Shown here: positions 53,464 to 62,706 of the stretch, in pieces
Numbering within the stretch: the stretch's first letter is position 1
Layout of the letters: each line of letters begins with the position of its first letter
Source of the DNA: Vulcanimicrobiota bacterium
Lineage (GTDB): Bacteria; Vulcanimicrobiota; Vulcanimicrobiia; Vulcanimicrobiales; Vulcanimicrobiaceae
Direction: 5' to 3'
NCBI GenBank assembly: GCA_963833095.1
Contig: CAWHWQ010000001.1
Location: 288,001 to 352,000 of the forward strand
Length of the DNA stretch: 64,000 bases
Notes under the pieces: model-generated
What the model saw: the letters and a program-made list of their open reading frames with translations, nothing else
Told to the model about the DNA's origin: nothing
Database searches by the model: none
Made by a program: the position numbers and the translations under genes

Positions 53464-56400
53464 GCCCAGCCTCGGCATGGACCGCGTCAGCGCTGAGCTT
53501 GTCGAATACCGTGTACTCCGCCGCCGTCGGACGCACGTAGCCGGTGTCGACCTCGGCATTGAGGTACGCAAGGAAGTTACGTAGCCGCGACTCGTACAAC
53601 AAAGAGCCCTCGTCGGCCTGAGGATGCACGATGTCGACGACCGAACCGATCGCTGCATTCAGCTTCGAGGCAGCCGCGCTTCCGGGTGTAACCGTTGTCC
53701 GCGCGGCGATCGCCGCATTGACCGCTCGATCGAGCTGATCGAGCGCCGCGTGGATCTTCAAGCCGAGATCGCGCCGCGCCGCCAGATCGTTCGCGCTCGC
53801 CGTGCTGCGCGGATCGAGCGCGAGCACGAGCGGTTGCGAGCTCTGCGCGCCGCCGTAATCGAGTGTGACCGTGTAATTTCCCGGCACGATCTGCGGCCCG
53901 AGCAGCGAATCCTCGAGCCCGCCGCCCGAACCCGAGGGCTCGAATCCGGTGACTTCGGTTGCATCCGGGTAGCGCAGATCCCACTGGAACACGTTCATTC
54001 CAGGCGTGACGCCGGTGAGGCGCCGGTAAGCAGCTTCTCGGTCCTCGGTGGGATGATAGCGCTCGCTCGGCGCTTGCGGCCTGCCGCGATGCCTCACGAA
54101 ATGGAGCGCGAACGAACGCACGATATTGCCCGCGCCGTCTTTGAAAGTAAGCGAGATCGGCATCTTGCCGTCGTACGAGCGCGGCACATAGAAGATCACC
54201 GTTGCGCCGAACGGCGGATTTTCGCCGTTGCCCGCGATGTTGGGCGGCCCACCGTAGGCCGAGGCACCGTACGCATGCGTGAGCCACGCGCGCTGCGGCG
54301 CATAGAGCACCGCACCGTTCGCGCTGGACGGCGTCGCCGTCGTAAGCTGTTCGAGCAGTGCGAGATTATCGAGCACCCACATCGAGCGACCGTGCGTCGC
54401 GATGACGACCTTGCCTTCGCGCGTGTCGATCGCCACATCGCGCACCTGCACGTTGGGGAGATTCAGCGTCAAGGGTTGCCAATGCGCGGCACCGTCAAAG
54501 CTCACGTAGACCGTGCTCTTGGTCGTAAGGAAGAACAGGTTCGGCGCATCGGGATCCTGGCGAACGGTGTAGAGGTACTGGTCGGACGGAAGCCCGCCAC
54601 TGCGCGACGTCCACGTCTTGCCGAAGTCCGTCGTCTTGTAGAGGTACGGATGGAAATCGTCATATTGATAGCGCGAGGCCGTCAGGTAGGCGGTGCCCTT
54701 GTCGGTGTGCGAAGGCTCGATCGAGGTGATCTCCGCCCACTGCGGCAGCGCCGGCGGGGTAATCGCGGTCCACGTCGCGCCGTGATCGGTCGTCACGTGC
54801 ACCAGGCCATCGACCGATCCCGCCCAGAGCTCATCACCGTCGAGCGGTGAGACCGCAAGCGCGGAGATATTCGGGTAGATCTCGGCGCTGGATGCATCGA
54901 TGTCGATCGGTCCACCGCTGGGCGCTTCACTCTTTTTATCGTTACGCGTGAGATCCGGACTGATCTTCTTCCACGTTTGACCCTCGTCGGTGCTGCTGAG
55001 CACAAACTGCGCGCCGACGAGCAGCTCTTTCGGGTTGACCGGTGAGAAGAGAATTGGATGCGTCCAAGCCAAGCGGTCCTCGAGTTCGCCCGAACTTGCG
55101 CCTTCGCGGTAGAGCGGGTACGGACTAACGCTGTTGTACTCATCGGTCACGGCGTTGTGCCGCATCATGATGCTGTAGTAGCCGCTACCGTAATCGACGT
55201 CGGTATTGCCGGGTTGCGGCGCGATGAACGTGCTCTCGCCCAGTGCCGTGCGCTTCCAATCGGTCGTGAGGATCGAGCCGTTCGACGACGCGCTTGGGCC
55301 CTCGAACGAGCCTTCGTCCTGCTGCGCGCCATAGACGTTGAATGGAAACGCCTCATCGAGCGCGACGTGATAGAACTGCGCGGTGAGCTGGTTGTGTTCG
55401 GTGCTCCAGGTTTGCCCGCGATCGACCGAAACGGTCGCGCCGCCGTCGTTGCCTTCGAGGATAATCTTCGGATTGTGCGGATCGATCCAGACGATGTGGT
55501 TATCCCCGTGCGGCGGACGCAAGAGGCTGAAGTTCTTTCCACCGTCGTGCGAAACGAAGAAGCGCGCGTTGGGCACATAGATCGTGTTGGGATCGGTCGG
55601 ATCGGCGTAGATCGCCATATAATAGAAGGCCCGCTGACGCATCTCCATGCTGGCGTTCACGAGCTTCCAATGGCCGCCACCGTCATCCGAGCGGAAGACG
55701 CCGCCGTCTTTTGCCTGCACGATCGCGTAGACGATCTTCGGGTCGCTCTGCGCAAGGCTCACACCGATGCGGCCGAGCACGCCGGTTGGGAAACCGGGAT
55801 TGGCGGAAATTTTCGTCCAGTGCGCGCCGCCGTCGTTCGTCTTGTAGAGACCGCTGCCCGGGCCGCCGGAGTTGAGTGAATAGGGCGTGCGATATGCCTG
55901 CCACATTGCCGCATAGAGTGTCTGCGGATGCGAGTTGTCCATCACCAAATCGATCGCACCCGTCGCGTCGTCGACGTAGAGCACCTTGCTCCAATGCGCG
56001 CCGCCGTCGATAGATTTGAAGATGCCACGCTCGGCGTTCTTTGCATATACGTGGCCCATCGACGCGGCGTAGACGACGCTGGGATTGTGCGGATCGACCA
56101 CGATCTTGGCGGTTGTGTGCGTGTCCCTGAGGCCCGTGAAGTGCCAGGTCTTGCCCGCGTCGGTGGTCTTGTAGATACCGTCGCCGCTAATGAACGTATT
56201 GCGGATGTCGGCTTCGCCCGTACCGGCGTAGATGACGTTCGGATTCGAGGGCGCTACCGCAAGCGCGCCGATGCTGTTGGATGCGTTGAGCTGGCCGTCG
56301 GTAATGTTCGTCCAGGTGAGGCCGTAGTTCGTCGAGCGCCACACGCCGCCGTCGACACCGCCAAAATAGAACGTGAACGGATTTCCGGGCACCGCATCGA

Positions 56401-56557
56401 CCGCGACGGATCGTCCGCCGATACCGGGACCGATGTTGCGCCAGCGCAGCGCGCTCATCACGGCTTGCGCCGAGGGGGCCGGCGTTTGCGCGGCAGCCGG
56501 AAACGCGAAGATCGCTAGCGACGCAGCGATCAGTGCAAAGCCCTTATATCTCCACAT
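53444..56557 (-). CDS. Secreted BNR/VPS10-repeat (sialidase-like) beta-propeller protein
   Basis: Signal peptide; WRNIGP..GGR; many S/T-x-D-x-G-x-T-W Asp boxes. Confidence 0.88.
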   Translation of the reverse strand: MWRYKGFALIAASLAIFAFPAAAQTPAPSAQAVMSALRWRNIGPGIGGRSVAVDAVPGNPFTFYFGGVDGGVWRSTNYGLTWTNITDGQLNASNSIGALAVAPSNPNVIYAGTGEADIRNTFISGDGIYKTTDAGKTWHFTGLRDTHTTAKIVVDPHNPSVVYAASMGHVYAKNAERGIFKSIDGGAHWSKVLYVDDATGAIDLVMDNSHPQTLYAAMWQAYRTPYSLNSGGPGSGLYKTNDGGAHWTKISANPGFPTGVLGRIGVSLAQSDPKIVYAIVQAKDGGVFRSDDGGGHWKLVNASMEMRQRAFYYMAIYADPTDPNTIYVPNARFFVSHDGGKNFSLLRPPHGDNHIVWIDPHNPKIILEGNDGGATVSVDRGQTWSTEHNQLTAQFYHVALDEAFPFNVYGAQQDEGSFEGPSASSNGSILTTDWKRTALGESTFIAPQPGNTDVDYGSGYYSIMMRHNAVTDEYNSVSPYPLYREGASSGELEDRLAWTHPILFSPVNPKELLVGAQFVLSSTDEGQTWKKISPDLTRNDKKSEAPSGGPIDIDASSAEIYPNISALAVSPLDGDELWAGSVDGLVHVTTDHGATWTAITPPALPQWAEITSIEPSHTDKGTAYLTASRYQYDDFHPYLYKTTDFGKTWTSRSGGLPSDQYLYTVRQDPDAPNLFFLTTKSTVYVSFDGAAHWQPLTLNLPNVQVRDVAIDTREGKVVIATHGRSMWVLDNLALLEQLTTATPSSANGAVLYAPQRAWLTHAYGASAYGGPPNIAGNGENPPFGATVIFYVPRSYDGKMPISLTFKDGAGNIVRSFALHFVRHRGRPQAPSERYHPTEDREAAYRRLTGVTPGMNVFQWDLRYPDATEVTGFEPSGSGGGLEDSLLGPQIVPGNYTVTLDYGGAQSSQPLVLALDPRSTASANDLAARRDLGLKIHAALDQLDRAVNAAIAARTTVTPGSAAASKLNAAIGSVVDIVHPQADEGSLLYESRLRNFLAYLNAEVDTGYVRPTAAEYTVFDKLSADAVHAEAGLKAAMP

Positions 56558-56648
56558 GAGCGCAACTTTGACCGCTCACTCGCCGCCGCCTCTGCGGGGA
56601 GAGCGGATCGGCCGAGGATCGAACGCCAAGGGTTCAGCGAAGCTGAAC

Positions 56649-57453
56649 CTAGGTTATTAAGTTGAGAAACGGCGCGATGTCAGCGCGGTCGACTTCCATG
56701 CCGACGCCCCGCGTGTGATAGCGAATATCGTGAAAGTCCATACCGGCGGTCATCACTAAGCCGTAGCGCGCGGCGGTCTCGCGAAAGATTTGGATATCTT
56801 CGCGCGTCGTGTAACGGATAGAAGACTTCCAATCCGCGCAGCCCTTGCGGTGCGAGTTCGTCGATCAGGTTGCGATCTTTGAGCCGGCCGGGATGTGCCA
56901 GAACCGCGACACCGCCGGCGGCGGAAACCCGTTCGATGGCCTCCTGCGGCGTGATGTGCAGTGAAGGAACGTAGCCCGGCATCCCGGTGCGCAACAGATA
57001 GCGGAACGCATATTCAATATCGGGGACGAGCCCTTTGGCGATAAGCGCCTTGGCCACGTGCGGACGCCCAATGGCCTTGGCGTCGGGGGCTTCGCGCAAA
57101 ACCTCGTCATAGGTGATGCCGTATCCCGCGCGCTGGAGCTGATCCACCATGCGCTGCGCCCGAACGCGCCGCGCGTCGCGATTGCGTTCGATCATTGCGA
57201 CCAGTTCAGGCGCATCAGCCGGCATGCCGTAGCCGAGCACGTGAACCTCGTTCCCGCGATAGGTCGTATTGATCTCGACGCCGGTAACCACCCGCGCACC
57301 CGGCGGCGGCGTAAACTTTCCGTACGCCGACATCGTGTCGTGATCGCTGATCGAAAAGACTTCCACCGCGCGCTCGCCCATGAAATCGGCAAGCGCCTGC
57401 GGGGTAAGCGTGCCATCGCTTTCGCTGGTATGGCTATGAAAGTCGACGATCAC
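56649..57453 (-). CDS. PHP-domain phosphoesterase (one indel near 56800)
   Basis: DFHSHTSESDG, SDHD, GRPH, LAHP; the shifted frame continues TAGMDFH...PFLNLIT*. Confidence 0.88.
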
Positions 57454-58244
57454 GCGATGCCGCGAAGGAAGACGCGCTTGATCTCCGTCGCGCGCCCGCT
57501 TGTCCGGTCGATGCGCACGACCGCGGCGCAGAATTGTTTGGTCCCGCTCTTCTGCACGCTGAATTTGTCGGACAACCCGGTGAGAAAGCGGTCGAGCACT
57601 GCTCCTTGCTCCATACCGATCACGCCGTCGGTTGGTCCAGTCATGCCGAGATCGGTGATGTAGGCGGTGCCGCCGGGAAGGATCTGCTCGTCGGCGGTCT
57701 GCACGTGCGTATGCGTGCCGTAGATTGCCGAGGTGCGTCCATCCAGGAAACGCCCCAGCGCGACTTTTTCCGAGGTTGCTTCGGCATGTACGTCGACGAT
57801 GATGATCGGCGTTTGCACGCGCAGTTCGTCGACCAAGGCGTCGGCGCAGCGGAACGGATCGTCGACCGTTGGCATGAAGGTGCGGCCCATCACGTTGAGG
57901 ACCCCAACGGTCACGCCGTCCGCGACGAACGTGCCATGGCCTTTGCCCGGGAGGCTGGGGGGATAGTTGGCCGGACGCAGCACACGGTCGCTCGATTCCA
58001 AGTACGTCTTGAAATCACGCTTATCGAAAATGTGATTGCCGCTGGTAATGAAATCGACGCCGGTTTCGAACAGCTCATCGGCGGTTTGCGCGGTCAAACC
58101 AAAACCGCCCGCGACGTTTTCGCCGTTGGCGATGCAGGCGTGAATCTGATACTGCTCGCGAACTCCCGCCAGGCAGCGCTTGAGCGTGTCGCGGCCGGGC
58201 GAGCCGACCACGTCACCGATCAATAGGAGATTGAGTGTGTTCAG
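57450..58244 (-). CDS. ymdB: YmdB/TIGR00282 metallophosphoesterase; apparent CTG start
   Basis: GDVVGSPG, NGEN, TSGNH, RPANYP, HAEATSEK, GTHTH. Confidence 0.92.
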   Translation of the reverse strand: MNTLNLLLIGDVVGSPGRDTLKRCLAGVREQYQIHACIANGENVAGGFGLTAQTADELFETGVDFITSGNHIFDKRDFKTYLESSDRVLRPANYPPSLPGKGHGTFVADGVTVGVLNVMGRTFMPTVDDPFRCADALVDELRVQTPIIIVDVHAEATSEKVALGRFLDGRTSAIYGTHTHVQTADEQILPGGTAYITDLGMTGPTDGVIGMEQGAVLDRFLTGLSDKFSVQKSGTKQFCAAVVRIDRTSGRATEIKRVFLRGIA

Positions 58245-58451
58245 TGTGCTGCTCCCCAAGTACCGGTGCACCCGCTGGAAGCGCCGCTGGCAAGAATCGA
58301 GGCGCGAGGAGGGAGCATAACCGTAGTTCTGTGACCGACGAGCAACGAAGAGTCCTGCCAACGGCGCCTCAGCCCGAAGGGTTGCGTCATCGGCATTCCG
58401 CGAACGCCGATGAGCGCAACGGGTGTATCGCTACTTGGGGAGCAGCACACT
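58243..58451. other. 209-bp structured inverted-repeat element (MITE-like element or ncRNA)
   Basis: 20-bp perfect terminal IR AGTGTGCTGCTCCCCAAGTA (58243-58262 / 58432-58451), extended imperfect stem, and internal hairpins. Confidence 0.8.
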
Positions 58452-59001
58452 AGCGGCGAGACGAAGCCTTCGCTTTCCGTTGCGCTTTCAAGAAGTAGAC
58501 CAGCACGCGCGTCTCTTCGCGAAAACCGACCAGACTCTTGGATTGCGCTGGATCGCGTAGCGCCTCGATCGCATAGAGCGCCGCCTCGTCTTGCGCAGCA
58601 GGATCGGCGTCGAGGTGATCTTCCGGTTGCGGATTGCGAACCAGCACCTCGGGATAGCGTTCGCGCAAGAGTGCGCCGATTAGTTCCAGCTCTTCCTTCG
58701 AAAAGCTGTCCGTGTCGCGAGTCACGTGAATGAAGGTCGTCGAGCGGTCGCCTTCGCATTCGACGCGCGTCAATCGCGCTTCGTCCTTGGCGAGCATCAG
58801 GTAGCCATTGATGTGATCGTCGATCGTCTCGGCCAGCGCCGCCTGCGCGCGCTTATCCAGCCGGGCGCGCAACGCAAACGTCAGCCGGACGCTGCCCTCG
58901 GCCGGCATCGAGCGAATCGATGCCAGTTCCGGGAAGCGCACCAGCAGTGCGCACACCAAGCTGACAGTGTCAGCGTTCTCTAAGGGAAGACGGCTATTCA
59001 T
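58450..59001 (-). CDS. Hypothetical protein
   Basis: VSLVCALLVRFPEL...LVGFREETRVLVYF; intact ORF. Confidence 0.7.
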   Translation of the reverse strand: MNSRLPLENADTVSLVCALLVRFPELASIRSMPAEGSVRLTFALRARLDKRAQAALAETIDDHINGYLMLAKDEARLTRVECEGDRSTTFIHVTRDTDSFSKEELELIGALLRERYPEVLVRNPQPEDHLDADPAAQDEAALYAIEALRDPAQSKSLVGFREETRVLVYFLKAQRKAKASSRR

Positions 59002-59069
59002 GATCGGGTCCACCTGATACGACGTGGCCTCCAGGCACCCCCTGCGGTCCACGTAGAATGGTAACCAAT

Positions 59070-59627
59070 GTGAGACCCCGGCAGTTGCCCGGCCTCGCCA
59101 TCTTGGGGTTGCTTGCCTCGCTTATCGCCCACACGGCGAGCTACGGCGGCAATCACGAGCTCGGCGGCGCCTACCACTCGACGCTCGAACTCCTGGCCCT
59201 CGTGGGCGCAGGGGCCTTTGCCGCGTCGCTGGTGGCATTTGCCTGGCTTGGAGCACGGCGCCACGCCGACGGCTCGATTCTGGCCGCCGCATTGCGGCCG
59301 CTGATTCCATCGGGAGCGCCCCTGGCGGTCAGCGCCAGCCTTTGGTTTGGGCTGATCGAAAGTCTCGAGCCCGAGCATCTCTGGCATGCCTCTCTTCTGG
59401 CTGTCGCTCTTTGCTTGATTGCGGCCAGCTTGCTGGTTGCGTTCTTGGCGAGCGCGGTCGTGCGTGCCGTCGCCGCGATCGTTCTTGCGATCGCGCGCGA
59501 GCCATTTGTCCGCCGGCCGGTTTGCTATCGCCGCCGCTTCGCTCATCGCTCCTCTGCGCGCCGCGCCGTTTTCGTCTACCGGCGCTTCGCCCGGCCTCCG
59601 CCGGGCCTGATGCTACTCCCCGTTTAG
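59070..59627 (+). CDS. His-containing membrane protein ending in RRFARPPP (putative regulatory arrest leader)
   Basis: About 4 TM segments; AHTASYGGNHELGGAYH and EHLWH; Arg-rich tail then RPPP; GTG start just after TAGAAT. Confidence 0.7.
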   Translation: MRPRQLPGLAILGLLASLIAHTASYGGNHELGGAYHSTLELLALVGAGAFAASLVAFAWLGARRHADGSILAAALRPLIPSGAPLAVSASLWFGLIESLEPEHLWHASLLAVALCLIAASLLVAFLASAVVRAVAAIVLAIAREPFVRRPVCYRRRFAHRSSARRAVFVYRRFARPPPGLMLLPV

Positions 59628-59654
59628 CATCACTTCAGTTTCAGAGGAGTACCC

Positions 59655-62079
59655 ATGTCTCGATGGATCGCGGCCGTCGATTGCCGCGTGCATATTTTTT
59701 TCCACCGCGCCTGCGCTTGCCGCTGTCACAGGCTTCGTACGCGGCGTAATCACTGAATCGGGTTCGCCGGCGGCCGGCGCATCGGTTACACTCACTGGCG
59801 AAGGGTCGCGCTTTGCTACCATGACGAACGCTCGAGGCGAGTACTCGTTCGCTGCGATTCCGTTCGGGCGTTACCAGCTCGTGGTCCATCGCGGCGGCGC
59901 GGAAGACCGCAGCGCCGAGGTCGAGGTTTCGGGCGACTCGGTTTCCACCGTCAACATCGACTTGCTCAAAACCATTGCTGTCACCGCCGTCAGCGCAAGC
60001 GCGGGCGCAAGCGGCACACCGGTTGCAGTTACCACCATCGACCGCGCACAGATCGACGATTCCCCCAATCGCGACAGCCTCAATAAGTTGATCACCACCG
60101 TGCCTGGCGCGGTCTCGTTCTCCTATAATGAGCCGGTGATCAACGGTTTCCATGGCGTGACCTACGAAATCGACGGCGCCCCGCTCCCGCTCGCGACCAC
60201 GTCAAACTTTGCCGAGATCGTGGATCCCAAAGATATCGATTCCCTGGAGATCTACACCGGTGCGATTCCCGCCGAATTCGGCGGCGACCGTATGGGTGCG
60301 GTGGTGAACATCATCACCGACCGGTTTGCCAACATCCCGGAAGGGACGTACGGGACGATTACCGGCGGCGGCGGCAATCAGGGACAAGCGTTGGGGCAGC
60401 TTGATACCGTTTCCCGCTTCGGGAACAACGAGGTTTTCCTCAATTTCAATGCATCTAGCACAAATCGCGGGATTGACGCTCCCACGTATACGCCGATTCA
60501 CGATGCCAGCTCAGCCAATGACCAGTTTCTACGCTGGGTTACGAAGCTCAACGATCGCTCGACGCTGGCCTTCGATTTTTCGAATCAATTCTCGCAGTTT
60601 CAAATCCCGATCAACACCGATCCAAACAATATCAACGATCCGATCTACGCGATTCCGGGCACCGATGACACGCAGCTGGAATACGATCGTTTCGCCAATC
60701 TTAATTTCACGCAGGTGTCGCGCGACGGCAACGGCGTCTTCCAGTTGATTCCGTGGTTCCGTTCGACCCGCGTCAACTATGACGGGGATCTCGCTGCCGA
60801 TGTCCAGGGGATGGGGCCAAACTTCGGCTGCGCAAACTATCCGGACTGCGCCTCCGACACGCCTCCCGATCCCGACTACATCAACAACGTCGGCCTCGCG
60901 CAAACCTCATACGCAAACTACCTCGGCCTGCGGGTATCGGAACTGCGTTCGAGCGACCGCCACACTTGGAAGGTCGGCCTTGACGTCAACCGTTCGAATT
61001 CAACGGGGTCGCAAACATATGCCTGTTATTACGTTGGCTGCGCGTTGCCGAGCGGCGGCGTGACGCCGCCAGTCGCGACGCCGTACTCTGCCTCGTCATC
61101 ATCGCAAGCGCAAGCCGGATCGCAGATCGGAATCTACGCCCAAGACAAGTGGCAGGCGTCGCAAAATGTCGTCTTCGACTACGGAATTCGCTATGATCAC
61201 TCGACGGGGTATACCAGCGGGTATATGATCGAACCGCGGTTCGGCGTGAACGTCTCCGACGGCGGACGCAACGTCTTCCACCTGTTCTACGGGCGCTACT
61301 ACGCGGCGCCGCTTCTTGAAGACGTGCGTCAAGCCTGCGTGATCTTTGCCGCGCAGGGCGGATGTTCAACCACTGCGCCGCCCTATGACCTCCAGCCCGA
61401 AATGGACAGCTACTACGAAATCGGGCTCCAGCATATCTTCAGCGGCAACCTTACCGGCTGGGTGAACCTCTATGAGAAGAACGTTGTCAACGTGCTCGAC
61501 ACGACGCAGCTTTTGAACACGCCGCTCTTTGCCGTCTACAACAACGCGATCGGGCACGCGCAGGGACTCGAGATCCGGCTGCAAGACCGCCAAAGTAACG
61601 GCAACAACTGGTTCTTCACCTCGACGATCTCCGAATCGCTCGCGGGTGGCATCTCGGGTTCGACGTTCCTGTTTCCGCCGGATGTGAACCAGGGGTTACC
61701 GCTCTCGTCGCCAGCGCAGCTCAGTATCGAAGATCACTCGCAGCTCGTCGACTCCACGGCGGGGTACACGGCGCACTTCGGCGGGCACCGCGCTTGGTTT
61801 GCGACGCTGCAAGCCGATTACGGAAGCGGGTTCCCCGTCCAGTTCGAAGACGCGAACGTCAACCTGAGCGGAACGCTTCCAGCGCACACGACGTTCGACT
61901 TTAGCACGGGGCGGATCGTCGGCGCCGGGGTCGGACCGGATTCCAAGGGCCTCGGCGTCACGCTCGATGTGCAGAACCTGCTCAATCACCAATACGTGAT
62001 CAAGATCGCGAACGGATTCAACACGACGCAGATCGCGAACTCGCGCACGTTTCTGCTCCGCTTTACGCAGCCGTTTTAG
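59655..62079 (+). CDS. TonB-dependent receptor (one indel in the signal-peptide region)
   Basis: GAGGAG SD + ATG 59655; carboxypeptidase-regulatory-like N-domain; plug YEIDGAP..IPAEFGGDRMGAVVNIIT; GIRYD; NLLN; C-terminal F. Confidence 0.9.
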
Positions 62080-62091
62080 AAAGTTGCTTAT

Positions 62092-62614
62092 ATGATTCAC
62101 CTATTCTCGCGCTTTTCGCGGTATTGCAATCGCGGCAATTGCCGCGGTCGCGATCCCCGCAAATGCAATGAACATGGGAACGGGCGTTACCTTAACGAAG
62201 GTCGCCGGGCCGTACAAACTCGTGCTCCAACTTCTGCCTGCTGAGCCGTTCTACACACAAGGCCAGTACGCCAAAGAGCACCCCAAAGATGGGATGCTCG
62301 TCGTCGGAGGCGCAACCCCGCTTGCGCTCAACGCCGCATCGCATCCCAATCATCATCTAATCGTTCACGTCTACAATGCCGCGAGCGGGAAGGCCGTCAC
62401 CGATGCAAAAGTGACGATCAGATATACGACGGTGTCGGGCGCGACTGATAGTCTTCCGGTGGTCGAAATGCAGGCGATCGGGAAGGGGCCGCAATCGACG
62501 CACTACGGGAATAATCTCAACCTTCCCGACGGTACCTGGACTGTTTCCGTCACGGCGAACGGGGCTGCGGCCACATTCACGGTGACGGCACAGGCCCCCA
62601 AGATGAAAATGTGA
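62092..62614 (+). CDS. Periplasmic P19/Tp34-like metal-binding protein (indel in signal peptide)
   Basis: IAIAAIAAVAIPANA signal in frame with MNMG...; HHLIVHVY, HYGNN, C-terminal MKM. Confidence 0.6.
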
Positions 62615-62617
62615 GCC

Positions 62618-62696
62618 CTTGTCATCCCGAGCGTAGCGAAGCGTAGTCGAGGGGCCAACGTTATCTCGGCCCTTCGACTACGCTCAGGGTGACAAA
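62618..62696. repeat. REP-like palindromic intergenic repeat
   Basis: TTGTCATCCCGAGCGTAG..GCGTAGTCGAGGGGCC..GGCCCTTCGACTACGCTCAGGGTGACAA between convergent genes. Confidence 0.75.
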
Positions 62697-62706
62697 GCGT
62701 TACGGG

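Noticed and set aside
53577..56518. Long antisense/alternate-frame ORFs here and throughout the window
   Set aside because: Expected shadow ORFs of GC-rich coding DNA; Arg/Ala-rich with no motifs.
56631..56649. GGTTCAGC/GCTGAACC hairpin as intrinsic terminator
   Set aside because: The stem is real, but there is no U-tract in the direction of transcription, so function is unsupported.
58243..58451. SRP RNA, RNase P RNA or tmRNA identity for the structured element
   Set aside because: It lacks the SRP helix-8 motif, the RNase P GAGGAAAGUCC motif and the tmRNA tRNA-like ends.
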